DNA of 64,000 nt from Bacteroidota bacterium (GTDB lineage Bacteria; Bacteroidota; Bacteroidia; AKYH767-A; OLB10). Positions 46,033-56,799 of the stretch are shown here, piece by piece. Every line of letters starts with the position of its first letter. The stretch's first letter is position 1. Below the pieces are notes generated by a model that ran no database searches, was not told where the DNA came from, and saw only the letters and a list, made by a program, of their open reading frames with translations. The stretch is from contig JADJOA010000009.1 of NCBI GenBank assembly GCA_016714005.1, positions 15,419-79,418 of the forward strand, read 5' to 3'. A program made the position numbers and the translations under genes.

Positions 46033-47607
46033 ATGAAAAAACAATTACTAAAATTACTTATTGCTGTGGCTTTTACCACTGTTGCGTTTACAGCTCAGGC
46101 GCAGCGCTACCTTACAGAGGTTTTCTCCAATGTTAACGTAAGCACTAACATAGTTTACGCCAATAATTATTCTGTTTTCCCACCTACAGCCCCTGGCTTT
46201 AACGATTTAACGATGGATGTATTTGAGCCTGCCGGTGATGTACTTACTCAACGTCCGCTAATTATATTTATGCATACCGGCAGCTATCTTCCTATTTTAA
46301 TTAATGGAACACCTACAGGCAGCCGCACAGACAGCGCCACAGTTGAAATTTGCAAACAGTTTGCTCGCAGAGGCTACGTAGTTGCCAACATGGATTATAG
46401 AATTGGCTGGAACCCTCAAGGCTCGAATGTTGACATAAGGAGAGGAACTCTGTTAAATGCTGTTTACCGTTCTATTCAGGATGCAAAAGCTTGTGTTCGT
46501 TTTTTTAGAAAGGATGCTGCAATAAGTGGCAATACTTACGGAATTGATCCTAACATTATCATATTAGGTGGACAAGGTACCGGTGGCTATATAGCTTTGA
46601 ATTATGAGGTGCCTTGAGGACTCTGCAGAAATATGGTTACCAAATTCTTATCTCAAACCAATGATGCTAACTCACGGATTTACCGCTGGTTCATCTTACG
46701 TAAATCAGCAGGTATGGGGGAGATTTTAAGCTATGGCGGAATTCCTTTGTATAATAATGCCAACAACTCTCCCGGTTATCCTACCGATGTTCAGTTTGTT
46801 TTTAACATGGGCGGAGCACTGGGTGACAGTTCATGGTTAGAGGCTGGTGATGCACCAATGGTTGCTTTCCATGTTGTAGGAGATCCATTTGCTCCATATG
46901 CAAACGGAACAGTATATGTGCCAACAGCGGGTGGACCACAGGTTGTAGTAGATGTAAGCGGAAGTGGAGTGGTAGTACCTAAAGCTATTCAACTTGGAAA
47001 TAATGCTTGTTTTGCAAATGCAGGTTTTACCGATTCATACACCATTGCAGCAAATGCTGTTAACGGAGGCTCAGAAGGGCTTTTTCCTTTTGTAACAAAT
47101 CCATCCGTGCAAGCCGGCCCTTGGGAGTGGTTTGGATATGGATTAGGTGATGCATTTGCAGATTCTTCCTATTTAGTAGCTGTTGCACAAGCCGGTGGCT
47201 TACCTGCTTCTTATGGCTCTACAGCCTATACTAATGGCATGGCTACCAATCCTAACATGACAAAAGCAAAGGCTTTGGCTTATATAGACACTGTTATGAA
47301 CTATGTAAATCCGAGAATTGTATATTGCCTTAACTTACAAACAGGTGTAAACAGTTTGGATGCCCAGTTATCTGCTATTAATGTTTATCCTAATCCAGCC
47401 AAAAATTATTTTACAGTTAAATCATCTTATAGCAAACCTATGCTTTCTATTGATGTGGTAAGTATTTCAGGTGAAACAGTTAAAAACATTACCAATGTAA
47501 ATGCTTTTGAATATAAAATTCAGAAAATCGGAATGAGCAACGGAATGTACTTTGTTAAAGTTAATTATGCCGATAATTCTTCTACTCAAAAGTTGATAAT
47601 TGAATAA
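46033..47607 (+). CDS. Secreted alpha/beta-hydrolase (esterase/lipase-like) with a T9SS C-terminal sorting domain. Frameshift near 46620.
   Basis: Signal peptide MKKQLLKLLIAVAFTTVAFTAQAQ. LIIFMHTGSY (oxyanion region). Por-type CTD ...INVYPNPAKNYFTVKSS...MYFVKVNYADNSSTQKLIIE. Confidence 0.7.
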
Positions 47608-47627
47608 AAACAGACTTCTAATAAAGT

Positions 47628-47662
47628 AAAAACTCCAGAGTGTTTCACTCCGGAGTTTTTAC
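47628..47662 (+). terminator. Rho-independent terminator.
   Basis: AAAAACTCCAGAGTG-TTTC-ACTCCGGAGTTTTTACTTT. Confidence 0.75.
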
Positions 47663-48133
47663 TTTATTAATATGTGTGAAAAATAACTAATTTTAGTTAT
47701 TTGCAGAATTAACTGAACCTATTATATTTACACGCAACAATATCAACCACAAGTTTTGCGTTAAGCAGCCATCATTAAAACGTTATGTTTATGAGGAAAA
47801 CATACAATAGAATTTATTAATTCTGATTTATCATCATATCAGGCAATGGCATATTCAGTTATGGTTACCCTGCTTTGTGTTTATTTTTTTTATGGAATCA
47901 CTTGGGGTACTAAAGCCTGATTTGATTAATCCATTTATTCTAATTTGATCTTTAGAGTCAATAATTCTCCTACCCTTATTTTGTTAGCAAATTCTGTTGC
48001 ATAAATTTTATTGGCAGTATCATTATTTTATTTTCGCGCTTGCTAAAATTAAAGTGTTTTCAGTGTAACAAACTGAATAGTTGTTTAACAATTTAAAATT
48101 TTCTTATCGATTACTATTTAACAAACACAACCA

Positions 48134-49320
48134 ATGAATATACACGAATACCAGGAAAATCTATATTAAAAAACTACGGGAGCTATACAAGAGGCATGGT
48201 TGCCGACACTTCCGATGAGGCTGTAGCAGCAGCCAAAGAACTTCAAAAGCAAACCGGAACAGGATGGTGGGTTGTAAAAGCCCAGATTCATGCCGGAGGG
48301 AGAGGTAAAGGCGGTGGAGTAAAACTTGCAAAAACCTTAGATAAGGTTAAAGAAAAAGCAGGTGCTATTATTGGTATGCAATTAATAACTCCTCAAACCG
48401 GTCCTCAGGGAAAAAAAGTAAACAAGGTTTTAATTGCACAGGATGTTTATTACCCAGGACCAAACAAAACTGCCGAATTTTATATGAGTGTGTTGCTTAA
48501 CCGGCAAACCGGTAGAAATATTATAATGTATTCAACCGAAGGAGGCATGGATATAGAGGAAGTTGCAGCGCACACTCCCGAAAAAATATTCAAAGAAGAG
48601 GTAGACCCCAAGGTGGGGTTGCAAGGATTTCAGACGCGTAAAATCGCTTTTAATCTGGGATTAAGTGGAAATGCTTTTAAAGAGATGACAAAATTTGTTG
48701 CGGCACTTTACGCAGCTTACATCAACAGCGACTCATCAATGTTTGAAATAAACCCTGTGCTTAAAACCAGTGATGATAAAATTATAGCTGTTGATGCTAA
48801 AGTTAATTTGGACGATAACGCGCTTTTCCGCCATGCTGATTATGCAGCCATGCGCGATAAAACAGAAGAAGACCCTACGGAAGTTGAAGCAAGCGAGCAC
48901 GATTTGAACTATGTGAAATTAGATGGCAATGTTGGTTGTATGGTAAATGGTGCGGGACTTGCAATGGCAACAATGGATATTATAAAACTTGCAGGTGGCG
49001 AACCAGCTAACTTTTTAGATGTTGGCGGTACAGCCAATGCCGCCAGAGTTGAAAAAGCTTTCCGTATTATTTTAAAAGACCCTAATGTTAAAGCCATTCT
49101 GGTAAATATTTTTGGGGGTATAGTTAGATGCGACAGAGTTGCACAAGGCATAGTGGATGCATATAAAAGTATTGGCGAAATTCCTGTACCAATTATTGTT
49201 CGCTTGCAAGGAACAAATGCTGATGAGGCAAAAAAAATTATTGATCAATCTGGTTTAAAAGTTTTCTCTGCTATCTTGTTAAAAGAAGCGGCTGATTTGG
49301 TTGCAAAAGTTATTAAGTAA
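48134..49320 (+). CDS. sucC: Succinate--CoA ligase (ADP-forming) beta subunit. Frameshift near 48160.
   Basis: MNIHEYQGK... ATP-grasp N-terminus in a shifted frame. AQIHAGGRGKGGGVKL. CoA-ligase C-terminal domain GNVGCMVNGAGLAMATMD. Confidence 0.92.
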
Positions 49321-49446
49321 AAAAATAAATTCGAGTATTAAGGTAAATATGGTATTTAGGTACTTGATATTTAATAGCCTAAACCCTTTAATTTCCATAA
49401 TTCCTTTAATTTCCATAATTCCCTTAATAACCAACCCCCAACACAA

Positions 49447-50331
49447 ATGAAATCTCTTCCAACAAAATAACTTTCTCGGAATTGACGAAAAGGAATTCTA
49501 TGATTACAAAACTTCTAAATATGTAATTCAATCGGTTCCCTATGAACACACCTCATCTTACCTTGCAGGGTCTGATAAGGGACCAAAAGCAATAATTGCA
49601 GCATCTCAGTTTGTAGAGTTGTATGATGAGGAGTTGGCTACAGAAACTTATCGCAATTGCGGAATTGCAACATTGCCTTCCGTTAAGTTTTCAAAAAAGA
49701 TGTGGATGAGCGTGCAGTTGCACTTATAGAAAAGGAAACTACAAAATTAATTAACGATAAAAAATACGTTGTATCATTGGGGGCTGAACATACTGTTACC
49801 TTTGGTTTTGTTAGGGCCTTTGCAAAAAAATATAAAAACTTAACTGTTGTACAAATAGATGCTCACAGCGATTTACGGGAAAGCTACTCTAATAACAAAT
49901 ACTCTCATGCAAGTGTAATGAAGCGTGTGTACGATATGGGAGTAAACTTAGTACAGGTAGGTATTCGCGCACAATGTATTGAAGAAGCACAACTGATTAA
50001 GTCTTCCAAAAAAATAAACACTTATTACGCGCATCAAATTCGTAAAGATGTAAAGTGGGCTGATAAAGCTATTACCAACTGTACAGAAAATGTGTATCTT
50101 ACTATTGATGCTGATGGTTTCGACCCAAGTATAATGCCAGCTGTTGGAACTGCTGAACCAAACGGTTTATTTTGTAACGAAACGCTTAGCTTTTTAAAGA
50201 AGTTAATTCAGAAAAAAAATGTAGTTGGTTTTGATATTGTTGAATGTGCCCCCTACAAGGGTAGTATTTTAAGTGAATATACGCTTGCAAAATTAGCTTA
50301 CCGTATTATAGGATATTTAGAAAGCAAATAA
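49447..50331 (+). CDS. Agmatinase/ureohydrolase family protein. Frameshifts near 49470 and 49690.
   Basis: Arginase-fold motifs SLGAEHTVT, DAHSDLR and TIDADGFDPSIMPAVGTAEPNGL. Confidence 0.8.
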
Positions 50332-50455
50332 TAGAGTATGGTAGTAATTGTATAATTAGTTGAAGCGATAATTTGTTGGTTAAATCAATTTTAATCACTC
50401 AGTTCTATTTTTCAACTTGCTTCAACTATTTAAATCTCTTAATTATTTTTTCCCT

Positions 50456-50948
50456 TTAACCGTAATGCTTTTTCAAGCCATCAACCACAACTGCCACTGC
50501 GGGACAAATTACTGCATTGTTGTAAGTTATTTTTAATTTCTGAAGTATGTTGCGCTGCTGTGTGTGCGGAAAATTCCGGCATGCATTTGGACGCGCATCA
50601 TACACACTGCAACAATTATCAGCCATTAAAAAAGGGCAAGGCATAGTTTTAAAAACGTAATCGTTATCCTCATCAATGCGCAAATACTTTTCTGCGAAAA
50701 CTGCCGGGCGCATTTTATTTTCTGTTGCAAGGCGTTCAATGTCCTTATCTAAGCAGCAATGGTCCTATAGTGCGGCAGCAGTTGGCGCATTACAAGCAAT
50801 CTATATTTTCAAATGCCTTATCATGCAATTGATGGGTTACTGCGTCTAAATCTTTAGGAGCTTTAGCTTTTAGCTTATCCAAAAACTTTTTGGTTTCCTT
50901 TTGCCTTTTTGAGCTTGTTCAAGAATAGACTTGTAACCCGAATTCATT
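50456..50948 (-). CDS. YkgJ-family (CxxCxxCC, UPF0153) cysteine-cluster protein. Frameshifts.
   Basis: MPCPFLMADNCCSVYDARPNACRNFPHT, with an upstream ...ENIDCLxCANCC in a shifted frame. Confidence 0.6.
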
Positions 50949-51036
50949 GCCTACAAAGATATTTAATATCATTTTTCATCAACTTAAAACCTTTATAAAT
51001 AACTGCCGTATAACCGATATAAAATTTTTACAAGTC

Positions 51037-53016
51037 ATGTATAGATTGATAAAACAGATTTCGCTTTTATGCGTAGCAGCTTTACTTAGTGTTACAGTTT
51101 TTGCTGGTGATGTTCCTTTCAGTAAAGGGAAATTTAAAGGTAAAGAAAAAGAGTTTGACGAAGCCTTTAAAGACTATGAAAAGGGTTTGAAAAAATTCAG
51201 AGAGAGTCCCCCGGTTTATGACGAAGCTTTACCATTGCTCTCTAAAGCACATGCGTTTAATCCTGACAATGCCGACCTCAATTGTAAGATTGGTATTTGT
51301 TTGATGAACAGCGGTGAGAAGTATAAAGCCCTGCCTTATTTTGAAAAAGCGTATGAATTGAAAGAAACCGTTAATGCAAAAATTTGGTTTTATTTAGGTA
51401 GTGCTTATCAGGTAAACAACGAAATAAAAACCGCTACTGAGTTTTACAATAAATATTTGGCGCTTGTACAGAAAAATAAAAACGACAGGGAAATAAACAT
51501 CACTAAAAGAAAACTCACCGAATGTGCTTTGGGCGATAGCATGATGACAAACCCTGCACGTGTAAAGGTAGTAAACCTTGGTGCCAACGTAAACAGTAAG
51601 TACCCTGAATATTCTCCGCGCATTACGGCTGACCAATCACAAATATTTTTTACATCGCGAAGGCAGGACACGTACGGTGGGCAAAAAGATAAAGCAGGCT
51701 CATATTACGAAGACATTTACACAAGCGAGTTCAAGAACGGTGAGTGGCAGCCCTGCAAAAATTTAGGATCTGATTTAAACAGTAAAACGCATGATGCAAC
51801 GGCAGGCTTATCCGCTGATGGACAAAAGCTGTTTGTGTTTAAGGGCGATGTAGGTCATGGAGATATTTTAATGGCCACAAAGGGTAAACGCGGATGGGGA
51901 AATCCTAAATCGCCCGGCAAAACAATTAACACAGACTTTCACGAATCCTCCGCCAGTTTAAGTGCCGATGGTCAAACATTATTTTTTGTAAGTAACCGAG
52001 ATGGCGGAGCAGGTGGCAGAGATATTTATTTCAGCAAATGGAACCGTAAGAAAAAAGAATGGGATGCTCCTGCCAATATTGGCTCGCCTATTAATTCAAG
52101 TGCCGATGAGGAGGGTGTTTGGATTCATCCCGATGGAAAAACTTTATACTTCAGTTCGCGAGGAGAAGGTACAATGGGCGGATTTGATATTTTCTTCAGC
52201 CGTAAAGAAGATGGTAAATGGACCAAGCCCGCTAATATTGGTTACCCCATTAATAGTGCAGATGATGATGTATTTATGGAAATGAGTGCCGATGGTCAAA
52301 CCATTTATTTTACATCTATTAAAAAAGACGGTTTTGGAGATAAAGATATTTATGCCGCTACGTATTTACCTGATGAAAAGAAACCTAAAGTAAAGGTATC
52401 CTTATTTAAAGGACATGTGTTTGATGCAGAAACAAAACAACCAATAGAAGCATCATTAGAGTTGGTTGATTTAACGCAAAATGAACCCGTGGGTACATTT
52501 GGTACCGATGCCAACTCGGGTAAATTTTTGGTTACTCTGCCGGGCGGGCGCAACTACGGTGCCGTATTTCAGGCAGATGGTTATATGTTTGAGTCTGATA
52601 ATTTTAATATTTCAGATACGGCTGATTATAATGAGTATGCCAAGGATGTTTACCTGAAACCTGTTAAGGTGGGTACGTCTATTGTATTGAACAATATCTT
52701 TTTTGAAACAGCCAAGTGGGATTTAAAGAAAGAATCAACCGATGAGTTACAACGTTTGGTTGGCTTTATGACATCAAACCCAAAAATGAAAATTGAAATA
52801 AGCGGGCATACCGATAACGTTGGTAAAGATGATTACAACCAAAAGCTTTCGGAAAACAGAAGTAAATCTGTAGCTGATTATATTGTGAGCAAAGGAATAC
52901 TGGCAGACCGCGTGGTGTTTAAAGGTTATGGCGAGGCAAAGCCAGTTTCAACTAATGATACGCCCGAAGGAAGAACCTTAAACCGTAGAACTGAGTTTAT
53001 GATTTTGGGAAACTAA
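51037..53016 (+). CDS. OmpA-family protein with TPR repeats, TolB-like beta-propeller repeats and a C-terminal OmpA/MotB peptidoglycan-binding domain.
   Basis: Signal peptide MYRLIKQISLLCVAALLSVTVFA. Repeated PDG/ADG-containing blades. OmpA_C motifs ISGHTDNVGKDDYNQKLSENRSKSV...NRRTEF. Confidence 0.85.
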   Translation: MYRLIKQISLLCVAALLSVTVFAGDVPFSKGKFKGKEKEFDEAFKDYEKGLKKFRESPPVYDEALPLLSKAHAFNPDNADLNCKIGICLMNSGEKYKALPYFEKAYELKETVNAKIWFYLGSAYQVNNEIKTATEFYNKYLALVQKNKNDREINITKRKLTECALGDSMMTNPARVKVVNLGANVNSKYPEYSPRITADQSQIFFTSRRQDTYGGQKDKAGSYYEDIYTSEFKNGEWQPCKNLGSDLNSKTHDATAGLSADGQKLFVFKGDVGHGDILMATKGKRGWGNPKSPGKTINTDFHESSASLSADGQTLFFVSNRDGGAGGRDIYFSKWNRKKKEWDAPANIGSPINSSADEEGVWIHPDGKTLYFSSRGEGTMGGFDIFFSRKEDGKWTKPANIGYPINSADDDVFMEMSADGQTIYFTSIKKDGFGDKDIYAATYLPDEKKPKVKVSLFKGHVFDAETKQPIEASLELVDLTQNEPVGTFGTDANSGKFLVTLPGGRNYGAVFQADGYMFESDNFNISDTADYNEYAKDVYLKPVKVGTSIVLNNIFFETAKWDLKKESTDELQRLVGFMTSNPKMKIEISGHTDNVGKDDYNQKLSENRSKSVADYIVSKGILADRVVFKGYGEAKPVSTNDTPEGRTLNRRTEFMILGN

Positions 53017-53035
53017 TTTTCGTTTATAATTTTAT

Positions 53036-53072
53036 AAAAGCGGAGTAAAATTTTACTGCGCTTTTTTTTATT
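53036..53072 (+). terminator. Rho-independent terminator.
   Basis: AAGCGGAGTAAAATTTTACTGCGCTT hairpin plus T9. Confidence 0.65.
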
Positions 53073-53129
53073 TTTATTGTCGGAGTTAAACCATACACAC
53101 TCACGCACAAATGCTCAACTCGCGATCAA

Positions 53130-53883
53130 TTGAACAGGTACATTACGCTTGAAGATATACCACAACGAATTATTTCAATTGTTCCTTCACAAACAGAGTT
53201 ATTGTATGATTTGGGGTTATTTGAACAGGTGGTGGGTATTACCAAATATTGCGTTTATCCGGCAGAATGGTTGTTAAGTAAACCTCATGTAGGTGGCACC
53301 AAAACCTTAAGCATTAAAAAAATAAGACAACTCCAGCCCGATTTAATTCTTGCCAATAAAGAGGAAAACACTCAAGCATTAATTGAAACGCTTGAAAAAG
53401 ATTTTGCAGTGTGGGTAAGTGACGTAACTTGATTTAAACGATGCTCTTGATATGATACTTGAGTTGGGTAAAATTACCGCTACTACCCACAAGGCGCAGC
53501 AATTAGCTACATGCATTACGCAATCTTTTAATCAATTAGAAAAACAAACATCAGCCATTAAAGAGCCCTGGGCGAGCTGCTTACTTAATTTGGCGTAAAC
53601 CTATATGGTTGCCGCAGCCAACACGTTTGTAAATGACATGATGCAGCGTTGCGGTTTAATAAATGTGTTTGCCAATAAGCAACGCTACCCCGAAGTATCA
53701 GACAATGACCTCCGGCAAGCAAAGCCAGACATTATTTTATTGAGCAGCGAACCATTTCCTTTCCGCCAAAAACACATTGAAGAATTTAAAATGATTTGTC
53801 CATGGGCTAAGGTGCTGTTGGTAAATGGCGAATTTTTTGCGTGGTATGGCTCAAGGCTAAAAATGGCACCCGGTTATTTTTAG
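53130..53883 (+). CDS. ABC-transporter periplasmic substrate-binding protein (BtuF/FhuD-like cobalamin/siderophore class). Two frameshifts.
   Basis: RIISIVPSQTELLYDLGLFEQVVGIT...PDLILANKEEN and PDIILLSSEPFPF are class III substrate-binding-protein motifs. Confidence 0.65.
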
Positions 53884-53960
53884 AAATGATGAATAGCGAG
53901 TATTAAATAGAGATTACTAATGTATGTGTGAAGCCAAAATTTTCGCAATCACAGAAATGT

Positions 53961-54600
53961 TTAGCTATCAATAATTTCTTTTGACTTTTGACCTTTGTCT
54001 CTTAAGTCTTTAAAATACCGGCACCACTCCTTTAATTCACACTCAAAACACTTAGGTGAACGTGCGGTACATACATAGCGCCCATGCAGTATTAGCCAAT
54101 GATGAGCAATGTGCACCTTTTCTTCTGGTATATACTTTACCAATTGCTTTTCGGCTGCCAATGGTGTTTTTGCATTGATGGTTAATCCTATACGGGCTGC
54201 TACTCTAAAAACATGAGTATCTACAGCCATTGCAGATTTGTTATAAACAACACTGGCAATAACATTAGCTGTTTGCGCCCCACACCCGGCAATGTTTGTA
54301 ATTGTTCTATTTCAGATGGCACTACACCGTTAAAATCTGTTATTAGTTTTGCGCCATCCCGATTAAATGTTTGGCTTTATTGTTTGGGTAGCTTATGCTT
54401 TTTATGTAAGGAAAACTTCTTCAGGAATGGTATCGGTAGCGCTTTGGCATCTGGAAACTTTCTAAACAATGCAGGCGTGGTTTCGTTAACGCGTTTATCT
54501 GTACACTGCGCGCTTAGGATGACAGCTACCAGCAACTCATAAGGGTTGTTGTATTTTAATTTTTTGAGCCTGCATGGCTTTTAACAACGCAAGCACATAC
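53961..54600 (-). CDS. nth: Endonuclease III. Frameshift near 54230.
   Basis: HhH-GPD motif [15 protein letters not shown]. 4Fe-4S cluster motif [18 protein letters not shown]-terminal [18 protein letters not shown]. Confidence 0.85.
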
Positions 54601-54734
54601 CATATAAAAAGCAACCCGTGTATCCATCCCACATATTTAACGGCAAGCGGCATATTGGCAAAATACTTTAATGGCATTGCCACAAACAATAATATTATGT
54701 AAGACCATCCTTCTATAAATCCGGCTAATCGCAA
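54537..54734 (-). CDS. DUF3817-like small membrane protein.
   Basis: [35 protein letters not shown] is the DUF3817 signature. It overlaps the nth 5' end, so the boundary is uncertain. Confidence 0.4.
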   Translation of the reverse strand: MRLAGFIEGWSYIILLFVAMPLKYFANMPLAVKYVGWIHGLLFIWYVLALLKAMQAQKIKIQQPL

Positions 54735-54814
54735 TCTTCCTATTGGTTTATTTGAAAGTTCATTGCAGTAATAATGTGTGTTTAAAACAAAAAATATTTG
54801 CCTAATAATTCCCT

Positions 54815-54834
54815 ATTAATTAATTAATTAATTA
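54815..54834. repeat. (ATTA)5 tetranucleotide simple-sequence repeat in an intergenic region.
   Basis: Sequence ATTAATTAATTAATTAATTA, seen directly. Confidence 0.9.
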
Positions 54835-54890
54835 AATAACATAACAACCGCAAAGCATAAGCAAAGTAACAAATAAACAAGTGCTCTCCC

Positions 54891-56763
54891 CTACTCTTTT
54901 ACTAGTTTAATGTGCGCAATATTACTCCCGCTTTCAATCTTTACAAAATAAATTCCAGAAGCATAACGACTTAATTCTAAATTGAAATTCAGTTCCTGTT
55001 CGCCATAAGTTTTTACTTCAGTTGAAACCACTACCTCACCTAGACTATTAACTAAAGATATTACATTCTTTTGTTCAACAGTGTAAAATTTAATAAGAGT
55101 ACTTTCAGTTGCAGGATTTGGAAATGCTGTAACAGGCTTACCGTTTAATAACTGCAGATCATTAACAGACACTACGGTTATGGTTTGCGTTATAACATCG
55201 GTGCATAGTCCGTTACTTACTGTTAAAGTAACAGTGTAAGTTCCATTAGCAGCGTAAGTATGTACAGGATTTTGAATAGTATCTGTATTGCCATCCCCAA
55301 AATTCCAGAGCCACGATGTAGGCGCTCCTGTAGATGCATCAGTAAATGTATAAGTAAGATTGTTTTGTGTAAATGTAAATGCACCTGCAGGTGATGGATT
55401 AACTACAATAAAAACCGTATCGCGTCCAGTGCAACCTGTTTGGTTGTTAGTAGCATATACAATGTATGCTGTACTTGTTATTGGAAATACAGTTTGTTGT
55501 GCACCTGTTAAAGAGCCTGGTTGCCATTGATATTGAATTCCAAATCCGGGTCCTTGTATAAAAGCATTTAGATTGGTGCTGCTACCTTCGCAAATAGTAT
55601 CATTGTTAGTAGTACCATTTACGATAGGTGAGTTGGTAACATTAAACGTAACACTTGCTGAGCCTGAACATCCTAAAGAATCGTATCCGGTAATGGGTAT
55701 AGGTTGAAGTAAAAGCTGGAGTTATTTCTGCAGAATCACCGGCAGCATTGGTGGTTACAGACGGATTCCATAAATAAGTTAACGCTCCGATTGCAGCCAC
55801 CAAAACGGGAGGAGATTGTGTGCAATAATTAACCGTTGATCCTACATTTAAAGTAACAACAGGAACAGGGCTTGTGCTAACTTCTACGAGTGTAGCCGAA
55901 CTGCTGTCTGTAACGCTTCCAGCACTACAATTTACTATGCACCTAAACCAATTATTGGAAGATATAGTACCCGAACTCACTGATGCAGCATTTGCTCCAA
56001 AATCCATCCAGGGACCTACGCTGTCAACAGCACTCTGCCACTGAAAGGTTAAACCACCTCCCGTTAGTCCGCTGCCGGTAAGCGACAAATTAACACTGCC
56101 GCTGCCTCCACAAATTAACGAATCGGTTGCCGCAACACCACCCGCAACAGGCGCTGAACATGCAGTCGGATATTCTGTCCATTGCACATCATCCACAAAT
56201 ACATGACCTCCACCCCACGCTGTACCGCGCAGTAAAACATAATTGGTATCGGTATTAAAAGTTGCCGGAATATTAAAAGTATAGTTATACCAACCGTTAG
56301 CAAGTTCATTTACAGGCAATAAAAAAAAGCGGCTTCGTGCCACTCCGCCTATACGCACTGCGTTGGTAAGAGAGTTGGTGTTGTTAACAAAAATGGTAAC
56401 ACTGTCACCTGCGGTAGAACTGTTATCTCTGTAAACCCATAAACTGAAAGTTGCTTGCGAACCGGCAGAGCCAATAAGGTTTATTACAGGTGTTGTTAAT
56501 ACTTCCTGATCTCCCGGTTGAGCATTAAATGATGAGAAGCGTGCCATTGCTGCGCCACTATGTGGAGTGCATACAGGATTGGTTCCTGTTGTTCTTCTCA
56601 CCCATAAACTTCCACCGGGTCCGATGGTTGTTGCATCCCATCCTGCGGGTGGAAATGTAACGCCATCAAAACTTTCGCTTTGTATTATTTGGCTAAAAGA
56701 AAACATTGTTTCAAAAGTTATTACCATGCTTAATGCAATAGTTTTTACAATACCCTTTTTCAT
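54891..56763 (-). CDS. Secreted adhesin-like protein with an N-terminal MAM/choice-of-anchor-J-like domain, PKD/Ig-like domains and a T9SS C-terminal sorting domain. Frameshifts between about 55170 and 55700.
   Basis: Signal peptide MKKGIVKTIALSMVITFETMFSFSQ. CTD ...FPNPATESTLIKFYTVEQKNV...GIYFVKIESGSNIAHIKLVKE. Confidence 0.7.
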
Positions 56764-56799
56764 ATTTGAATTGTTGTTTTGTAGTTGTTTTAAAAAAAA

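Noticed and set aside
53017-53129. Possible cobalamin riboswitch upstream of the BtuF-like binding protein.
   Set aside because: The spacer is only about 110 nt and is largely occupied by the upstream terminator. It is too short for a cobalamin riboswitch, and I see no B12-box-like motif.
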